From the IMG/VR virus record IMGVR_UViG_3300020043_006887, positions 1-31,390 of that record: DNA of 31,390 nucleotides; one strand, written 5' to 3'. Source of the DNA: a virus (lineage: Duplodnaviria; Caudoviricetes). How positions within the stretch are numbered: the stretch's first letter is position 1; the number at the start of each line of letters is the position of its first letter. Made by a program: the position numbers and the translations under genes. Below are positions 25,456 through 31,390 of the stretch, piece after piece. The notes beneath the pieces were generated by a model. That model was not told the DNA's origin and searched no databases. It worked only from the letters and a program-made list of their open reading frames with translations.

Positions 25456-25559
25456 CGCCGTGTCGTGGCGTGACGATGCCGACATAACGCTGCCTGCGTG
25501 CGGATAGAGATGCGTCGTGACGTGACGCTGTCGGGTAGTACCGTCCCTGTGTCGTCGGG
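25456..25559 (-). promoter_or_regulatory. structured RNA leader of the scaffold gene
   Basis: Three hairpins with ACG(A/T)CAC loops plus a long-range enclosing stem. Confidence 0.55.
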
Positions 25560-25563
25560 TGCG

Positions 25564-27576
25564 TTACGATTCTGGTATCTGACGGGCGGCCGATCCGGCC
25601 TGCTCACGGTCAGCGTTGCGATGAGCATGGTCGATTACGACCTCAAGCGGCGCCAAGGTGGATTGCGTTGAAATATGCGCCGCCTGAGCGCGTTTATGGG
25701 TTGCATTGGCATTGGTGTCGTTGATGTCTGCCAACGCTTGTGCGGCTTGAATTTCAGGTGGCAACTCGAACTTTCCTGGAAAAGATTGACGCGGTGCACC
25801 CTTTTCCTGTGCAGATGCCATGTTCAACATCGCCTTAGAACGTGTCTCGATAACGTCGGCTTCCTTACCTGCTACTTCTGCCGCCGCCGCACGTTGCTGT
25901 AGCGGATCAGGTTGCTGAGCCTGTGAAGCATCTCGAAATTCCTTCTTCGCAGATGATGGAAGTGCTGAAGTATCCAGCAAAACCTTCACCGCGGCCTGCG
26001 CTTGAGGCGGCGTAAGCATGCCCGCGATAGCTGGCAGCACCTGCGAAAGCGTCTCGTAAACGTCCGCTTGAGCGTTTACCGTGTCTGGGCCTTCATCCAG
26101 GATAATGTCGACGTCCAGAGAGCCCAACGCATTGACCATCGTCGGATAGCCCGTCTGCGGATCTTTCCCTGTACCATTTATCTGAATGAACTGAGCTAAA
26201 CCTTCGTTATCTGTCACCCGAATAAAACGTTCAGCAGTCCAATATTTTTGCACAATCGGTAATACCGCACGGTAAACCCTGAGCTTCCAACCGCGATACC
26301 CGAGAATGTACGGACCTAGCTCAGCCATGCCAGCTTGCTGAAGCAGCTGGATCGCACGACCAGACTGGTTCTGGATGTCTCCAATCAGCGCTTGGTTAGG
26401 ACCAAAATTATCGAGTTCTTGCTTGTCATCTTCCAGAAGCTTGGACCAACCAGCGAAGTCGAACGACTGGTCGTCAGCCTTCATGCCTTCGTTGACGTTT
26501 TTGGCGTTGATGACGACTACACCATCAGCACGAGCGTATTCTTGCCTAGTCTTCTCAATGTCCGTTACAGCACCTGCACTTAGGATCAGCCGCTTCGATG
26601 CTAAGATATGGTTCAACTTAGAGTGTTTATAGTTGAACGAATCCTGGGTGGACTTCATGTTCCGCACGAAACCGTAGCGATCGCCGTCGTGATCGACGTT
26701 GCACGAGAACATGATGTATTTACAGATAGTCTTGTTCTTTTCGTCTACTAAGTAAGATTCGCCCTCCATCAGGACGATCGAACCCGTGAACATCATCCAA
26801 CACCAAACACCCTTGCGCTGATACCAGATGTCAACCATGCGAACGAGGCGCTTAGTGCCGTCAAATGAGAACCACTTCTGCTCACGATCAGGGTTGCTGG
26901 TCAGATCGCTGTCGGCCCCGCCACATCCAGCCTTAATCGCATCGGCCTGATCTGGGAACATATCGCAGGCCGTATCAACATCCAGCCACTTACCTTCGCC
27001 CATATAGCGAGCATCGGAGAAGTCTGGTTTATAAGAACGCGGATCATAGAAAAACGAATCCGGCTCAACGATAGCCAACCCAACTTCAGGATCACCATGG
27101 TCGCCTGCTTCGATCTCGATCTGGATTCCGCCGATGCCATCGATCGCCGCGTCACGCCCGACCTCAGGTGAAATAGATTTCCAATCTTGCTCATCAAGCA
27201 CATAACGAAGAACCGCAGTTGCGAGTTCAGCGCCTTGATCCTGTTTTGGCGTTCGCGGGTAGGCCTTCGGGTCCTGTCTTAAACGCTCGATCAGCCCGAT
27301 CGTACCGTCGATCTTCCGGTTGATGCGGTTACGTGTGCTCGGCGGCTGCCGGCGGGCCTTCAGGACCTTGAGTTGCTTCTCAGTCCAGTGCGCTCCATGA
27401 TAATATCGACGAGCTTCCTTTTGCTCCTCAATCTCATTAGTTTTATTGCCGAGATAGTCGAGGTACGCCTTCTTACTCTTCTCAAGCGGCCAGTAACCAT
27501 TTTTCTTTCCCGACCCGCTTACGCCACCAACTGCGGTCGCAGTAGAACTTCCGGGACTGTAACCGGTCTGGTTCAT
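25564..27576 (-). CDS. portal protein (P22-like)
   Basis: YY.G..W, N.I..KID...G, FFYDP, RYG.VR.M...QD, SGRAI and DVDIILDEGP; ATG at 27576 overlaps the terL stop (TGATG). Confidence 0.9.
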   Translation of the reverse strand: MNQTGYSPGSSTATAVGGVSGSGKKNGYWPLEKSKKAYLDYLGNKTNEIEEQKEARRYYHGAHWTEKQLKVLKARRQPPSTRNRINRKIDGTIGLIERLRQDPKAYPRTPKQDQGAELATAVLRYVLDEQDWKSISPEVGRDAAIDGIGGIQIEIEAGDHGDPEVGLAIVEPDSFFYDPRSYKPDFSDARYMGEGKWLDVDTACDMFPDQADAIKAGCGGADSDLTSNPDREQKWFSFDGTKRLVRMVDIWYQRKGVWCWMMFTGSIVLMEGESYLVDEKNKTICKYIMFSCNVDHDGDRYGFVRNMKSTQDSFNYKHSKLNHILASKRLILSAGAVTDIEKTRQEYARADGVVVINAKNVNEGMKADDQSFDFAGWSKLLEDDKQELDNFGPNQALIGDIQNQSGRAIQLLQQAGMAELGPYILGYRGWKLRVYRAVLPIVQKYWTAERFIRVTDNEGLAQFIQINGTGKDPQTGYPTMVNALGSLDVDIILDEGPDTVNAQADVYETLSQVLPAIAGMLTPPQAQAAVKVLLDTSALPSSAKKEFRDASQAQQPDPLQQRAAAAEVAGKEADVIETRSKAMLNMASAQEKGAPRQSFPGKFELPPEIQAAQALADINDTNANATHKRAQAAHISTQSTLAPLEVVIDHAHRNADREQAGSAARQIPES

Positions 27577-29069
27577 CAATATGCGACCCAATCGTTGTCG
27601 TTATTTTCAGGCTGCGATGCGCGGTATCCGCTCGGATTATCTGGGGCATTCGGCACCCCTCGCTTCTCGCCATTCGTCATCTTATCGAGTAGTTGACCGA
27701 CCAACCCGAGCGCGTCCACCTGATCGTCATGCTTGCCTGCGGGAAAGCTGAGAAGCTCAGAACGAAATGCCGGATACCAACTTGCCTGATGTGGCACGTA
27801 GAGCCCTTCTTGGGCCATTCGGCCACGAATCGGCTGGGCCCTGACACCCTTGTCTCCGCGAGTTGGGAATGGTTCTCGATAGACATAAGCACCACGCTCA
27901 CGTTGCCTGAGATCTATAAGCGGCCCCACACCCGATCTGATTTGGCCTTGCTCTTCAGCCCATCCAATGGGGTGCCATTGCTTGACGAGATCGCAGAAGG
28001 CTTCGACCCATTCGTCAGAAGCCGCTTGCTTGCGCCACAAATCGAGCAGGTACATCCGGCCTTCGGGATCAAGGCCAACAACCGCATGACAAGTGAAATC
28101 CCCGCCATCTGCCGTGACCGCGTAGTCCGACCCGCCGTAGACGCGGAGCGTCTTGAGATCCGGCGCTTTGTCATATGGCTTCAGCCAATCGGCCTTGAAG
28201 TAATCGCCTTCTTCGGGTGCGGGACGTTGTTGATAGAGAGCGGACCAATCACGAGCGCCAATCGCAGCTCTAATGCGCGCTAGCGCCTCTTCATCGTACC
28301 ATTCCGGCCATAGCGCGTTCCTTGCCTCGTCAAGCGCGGGAAGATCGAGGACGTCCCACTTATCGCCGCCTTGTGCATTTAACAGCCGGCCAGCCAGGTC
28401 GTCCTCATGCCAGCGTGTTTGAATTAGAACAACCGCACCACCTGGCATTAACCGCGTGTACGCCGTTGAGGTGTACCAGTCCCACACACGCTGTCGGCGC
28501 AGTTCGCTATCGGCCTCCTCACGATCCTTAAACGGATCGTCGATCAATAGAACATGAGCGCCACGGCCCGTAACAGCCGTTCCCACGCCGGCCGCGACAT
28601 ATGCCCCGCCTTGATCGGTATTCCAGCGCTCCGCAGCTCGGCTGTCCTCTCTAAGCCTCGTATCGAATACAGCCGCATATTCGCGACTGGCCACGATATT
28701 ACGAACCTCTCGGCCAAAATCGCTGGCAAGGTCGCTATTGTAGGATGCCGCGATGATCTGCCGTTTTGGATTACGGCCAAGATACCAAGCTGGAAAGCGT
28801 CGTGACGCTAATTCCGATTTGCCGTGCCGAGGTGGCATGAAGATAGCGACACGGTCACTCTCGCCTCGCTCTACGGCCTCTAACTTATCTGCAATCCGTT
28901 TATGATGCGCTGCACTAACGTAAGCGTCGTTCGTATATTCAGTGAACGCTATCAGGCTCTCCGCCGCGTCCTTCCGCTTCAACAACTCCCGGGCGATCTG
29001 CCGCGGCGTCACGGAGGAAGGAGACCAACTCGTCTCTGGTCCAATCTGTTGCATCGCGTTTATCGTCAA
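27576..29069 (-). CDS. terL: terminase large subunit
   Basis: Walker A PPRHGKS, Walker B LLIDDP, QTRWHEDDLAG, nuclease D.A...D and HDDQVDA. The start is uncertain (GTG at 29012 is plausible). Confidence 0.95.
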   Translation of the reverse strand: MTINAMQQIGPETSWSPSSVTPRQIARELLKRKDAAESLIAFTEYTNDAYVSAAHHKRIADKLEAVERGESDRVAIFMPPRHGKSELASRRFPAWYLGRNPKRQIIAASYNSDLASDFGREVRNIVASREYAAVFDTRLREDSRAAERWNTDQGGAYVAAGVGTAVTGRGAHVLLIDDPFKDREEADSELRRQRVWDWYTSTAYTRLMPGGAVVLIQTRWHEDDLAGRLLNAQGGDKWDVLDLPALDEARNALWPEWYDEEALARIRAAIGARDWSALYQQRPAPEEGDYFKADWLKPYDKAPDLKTLRVYGGSDYAVTADGGDFTCHAVVGLDPEGRMYLLDLWRKQAASDEWVEAFCDLVKQWHPIGWAEEQGQIRSGVGPLIDLRQRERGAYVYREPFPTRGDKGVRAQPIRGRMAQEGLYVPHQASWYPAFRSELLSFPAGKHDDQVDALGLVGQLLDKMTNGEKRGVPNAPDNPSGYRASQPENNDNDWVAY

Positions 29070-29304
29070 TGGTTACCGTCGATTCCTGCGCGGGCTTGCC
29101 GTCGAGGCGGTCGGCGATTGCGTTAATGGCAGGCAAGGCGTCTTTGTTCGGCAGCGTGGCCAAGAACAGAAGATTGCGCGCGATCTCACGCAGCATCTTG
29201 TGATTTCCACCCGCGCCTGCGATTTCCATCCGGAGCGCGTCAGCAAATGGTTTGTCTTTTGGACGGCCACCTGGATTGGCGTTATTACCCTTTTGGAAGG
29301 CCAT
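28939..29304 (-). CDS. terS: terminase small subunit (DUF5681-like N-terminus)
   Basis: MAFQKGNNANPGGRPK...DRLDGKPAQ; immediately upstream of terL. Confidence 0.8.
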   Translation of the reverse strand: MAFQKGNNANPGGRPKDKPFADALRMEIAGAGGNHKMLREIARNLLFLATLPNKDALPAINAIADRLDGKPAQESTVTIDDKRDATDWTRDELVSFLRDAAADRPGVVEAEGRGGEPDSVH

Positions 29305-29329
29305 GGTTTTGCACGATCAAATTATTGAA

Positions 29330-29386
29330 CTAACAGCATTTACTAGCTTCATCGTCATGACGGATTTTACGAATGCGAGGCGCCAT
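29330..29386 (-). pseudogene. 18-codon ORF, possible relic N-terminus of a different terS
   Basis: TAATG-coupled MAPRIRKIRHDDEASKCC*. Confidence 0.35.
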
Positions 29387-29631
29387 TAGGCCCTTTGCCT
29401 CGAAACAGCATGTTTTCTAGCTCGGGGTTTGGAAGACTTGGGTTTTGTTATGAACAATAAGTCGTTTGGTCCCAATGAAACTGGGGGCCTGATGGATTTG
29501 AACGCCGTTATTTCAGATTGAAGAGCTTTAGCGGCCCAATGTTGTGCATTTTGTGCCGCTATCCAAGCACCAATGGCGGATAAAACAGCCGCTAACGCAG
29601 CGATCATCAGAACAACTTCAATTGCTTGCAT
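29386..29631 (-). CDS. small single-TM protein
   Basis: ATG at 29631 with GAGG RBS inside track ORF 29386..29862; TM segment then basic tail. Confidence 0.6.
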   Translation of the reverse strand: MQAIEVVLMIAALAAVLSAIGAWIAAQNAQHWAAKALQSEITAFKSIRPPVSLGPNDLLFITKPKSSKPRARKHAVSRQRA

Positions 29632-29792
29632 ATCCAAACCTCTTCGCACATTGCGCTGAATATTCAGTAAGTTGATGGGGTTATTGATTTCGCGCTTTAA
29701 AGAACCCCGGACGACGCGCCAAACTCTCTGGGTGCCACTAAGGGCCAGGATGATTGAAGAGAGTTGGCTCTGCGCCGTCCGGTAACTGTAGA

Positions 29793-30032
29793 TTATGCCG
29801 CCATCCATTCTTCGATACGGCGCTTTGTTTCGGCAAAATCTTCTTCTGCCATCGGTCCGCAAAATTTCACAACGCTTCGTTCGCCACTACAAAACTCAAC
29901 ACCGACCCAAAGAGGCTCCTCATGCGTCAGCATCCGTACAGGCTTACCTAATTTTTTATCACTCCCGAAATAGCGGATATTACCAACAGCGCTGTTTACG
30001 GTTTGTGGGTTGAACATTAATTCAGCCACCAA
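29793..30032 (-). CDS. hypothetical protein
   Basis: On the late-operon strand; no recognisable motif. Confidence 0.5.
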   Translation of the reverse strand: MVAELMFNPQTVNSAVGNIRYFGSDKKLGKPVRMLTHEEPLWVGVEFCSGERSVVKFCGPMAEEDFAETKRRIEEWMAA

Positions 30033-30208
30033 CGAATAGATTTCACACGCATTTTAATCTCTGGGAAAATCAAGTGATCCATCGCGAACCAATGCACTTC
30101 GAAAAAAATAAATGATAGGCGAAACTCACGAGCGAATTCATAAGGTAAAATGAACTCTCCCACTGGCCACATCAGCTCGATTGGTCGGAGTCGACGAAGC
30201 CACATCAT
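30017..30208 (-). CDS. hypothetical protein
   Basis: First ORF after the putative tR'; aromatic-rich; weak support. Confidence 0.35.
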   Translation of the reverse strand: MMWLRRLRPIELMWPVGEFILPYEFAREFRLSFIFFEVHWFAMDHLIFPEIKMRVKSIRWWLN

Positions 30209-30213
30209 CTAAC

Positions 30214-30244
30214 AAAAAACCCGCCGCGGAAATCTCCGGGCGGG
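30214..30244 (-). terminator. tR'-like terminator
   Basis: CCCGCCCGGA-GATT-TCCGCGGCGGG followed by TTTTTT on the - strand. Confidence 0.8.
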
Positions 30245-30268
30245 CGCAAAAATCGACGTTCTCATTTC

Positions 30269-30297
30269 TACATATTTGATTTGCGAATCGAGCGCAA
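30269..30297 (-). promoter_or_regulatory. putative late promoter (pR'-like)
   Basis: TTGCGC-N17-TATGTA on the - strand, between the regulator gene and the terminator. Confidence 0.5.
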
Positions 30298-30369
30298 GGA
30301 TTAGTCCATTCGAAAAATAGGTTCGTAAAAACTCTATTTTTCCTGACGAAGTTTTCCCGAGTTCCATGC

Positions 30370-30954
30370 TTACTCCTCAATCCTCAATTCCTTTGCCAGG
30401 GCATTCAACCCGACACGAAGATCGCCTAACTCGACATCGCTCGGGTCCCTCTCCTCAATGCAAACCCGGCGGACGGCAATCAAAATATGCCTATCCCGAC
30501 CTAACGACCTCCCCAATTCCGTGAGCCTTTCGAAACATGCGCTGTATCGCGTTCTAAGACTCACACAGCGCTTTTGATATTCTTCCGCATCCGACCTAGC
30601 TTCGTCTCCTGAAAACGCATACCCGGGCTTCCCTGAGTCATTGAGAAGGCTTCCAGAGCGAGGCGAACTAACTGGGATGCCATTCACGCTTGCGAACGCT
30701 CTCACGAGCAACGCCCACTCGTTGCCGGCGCGGTGTTGCAATTCGGAAATCTGATTTGTGAAGCGCAACCGTCCAAGCGGGTAGCCAAGCAATTCTGACT
30801 TGGCGGCGTTACGGTCTTTCACGTGCCGTCGGTGAGGCTGGCTCAAGATCGCGGAAATATCCACGATCTCCCCTCGAGATTTCCCCTGAGCGTCACGTCG
30901 CACATTAGTTTTTCGAGGACGCCCAGATTTTAGTTTCGCCATAACTACCTGCAT
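30370..30954 (-). CDS. putative late-gene regulator (Q-position)
   Basis: Basic N-terminus GRPRK; PLGRL....I...Q..AG..W; last gene before the promoter/terminator and packaging genes. Function is inferred from position. Confidence 0.55.
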   Translation of the reverse strand: MQVVMAKLKSGRPRKTNVRRDAQGKSRGEIVDISAILSQPHRRHVKDRNAAKSELLGYPLGRLRFTNQISELQHRAGNEWALLVRAFASVNGIPVSSPRSGSLLNDSGKPGYAFSGDEARSDAEEYQKRCVSLRTRYSACFERLTELGRSLGRDRHILIAVRRVCIEERDPSDVELGDLRVGLNALAKELRIEE

Positions 30955-30981
30955 TATCGCTCCTCAGGTTTCGAGTGATAT

Positions 30982-31389
30982 TCAAAACGGAATCGGATCA
31001 TCCAACCGTTCCTTCGTGTCATGGATCGCCTTCAGCGGGTCTTCGACTGATCGGCGTATGGCGGTGATCGTCGCACCCGGAAACACCAGCTTGGTTTTTG
31101 CAATGTCGGGGTAGTTCGACAGCAACCGCCCGATCTCATCGAGCGTGTAAACCGTGACCTTGCGCCCCTCGCCGACCACGGCGTGGGCATGCGCGTCATC
31201 CGGCACGATCGCGGCGACGCTGCCGTCCTCAAGCGGAACCTCCCACACATGGGGCGAGAGCGGTTGCTTGCCCGCAGCGACCGCAGCCTTGTCGAGCGCC
31301 AGCCAGGCGGCGACCATCCGCCCCGCCTCTCGCCGCACAGCTTCCAACTCGCCATGCCAGATCGCCTGGTTGAGCAGGTAGCGTTGGCG
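30982..31389 (-). CDS. 5'-truncated hypothetical protein (probably end of replication module)
   Basis: The frame is open to the window edge (RQRYLLNQAIWHGELEAVRR...); ends DDPIPF. Confidence 0.7.
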   Translation of the reverse strand, partial: RQRYLLNQAIWHGELEAVRREAGRMVAAWLALDKAAVAAGKQPLSPHVWEVPLEDGSVAAIVPDDAHAHAVVGEGRKVTVYTLDEIGRLLSNYPDIAKTKLVFPGATITAIRRSVEDPLKAIHDTKERLDDPIPF

Positions 31390-31390
31390 G

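Noticed and set aside
17327-28805. Many + strand ORFs antisense to structural genes (e.g. 18299-18748, 23466-23966, 27693-28283)
   Set aside because: They lie wholly within well-supported - strand genes and show no motifs; shadow ORFs.
29632-29862. N-terminal half of the 158-aa track ORF 29386..29862
   Set aside because: It overlaps another ORF and the long hairpin; the ATG at 29631 with a GAGG RBS is the better start.

Overview
The whole window is a temperate phage genome segment with P22-like (podovirus-type) morphogenesis genes. The host is most likely an alphaproteobacterium (inference from protein style and a tRNA-Tyr-like att core). Bases 1-4806 (+) hold a tightly coupled run of small early/accessory ORFs ending in a putative excisionase and a tyrosine integrase. 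Bases 4777-4958 look like an intact attP, with a tRNA-3'-like core, an IHF site and four arm repeats. Phage genes lie on both sides of it, so the sequence appears to be the excised or virion form. Bases 6234-31389 (-) are mostly the late operon. In transcription order: a Q-position regulator, a pR'/tR'-like promoter and terminator, terS, terL, portal, scaffold, major capsid, gp4- and gp10-like proteins, three ejection proteins, tail fibres, a lysozyme, holin-like genes, and six signal-peptide proteins. One of the six is an SGNH-like protein with its catalytic motifs substituted. Two antisense cargo inserts sit among the tail genes: a DUF1778/GNAT toxin-antitoxin pair with two SAM methyltransferases, preceded by an unusual His/Asn/Tyr-codon tract, and a sieA-position ORF pair. 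Three intergenic structured-RNA candidates were found by eye: the scaffold leader, the lysis region and the late leader. No database searches were run; family assignments come from motif recognition.
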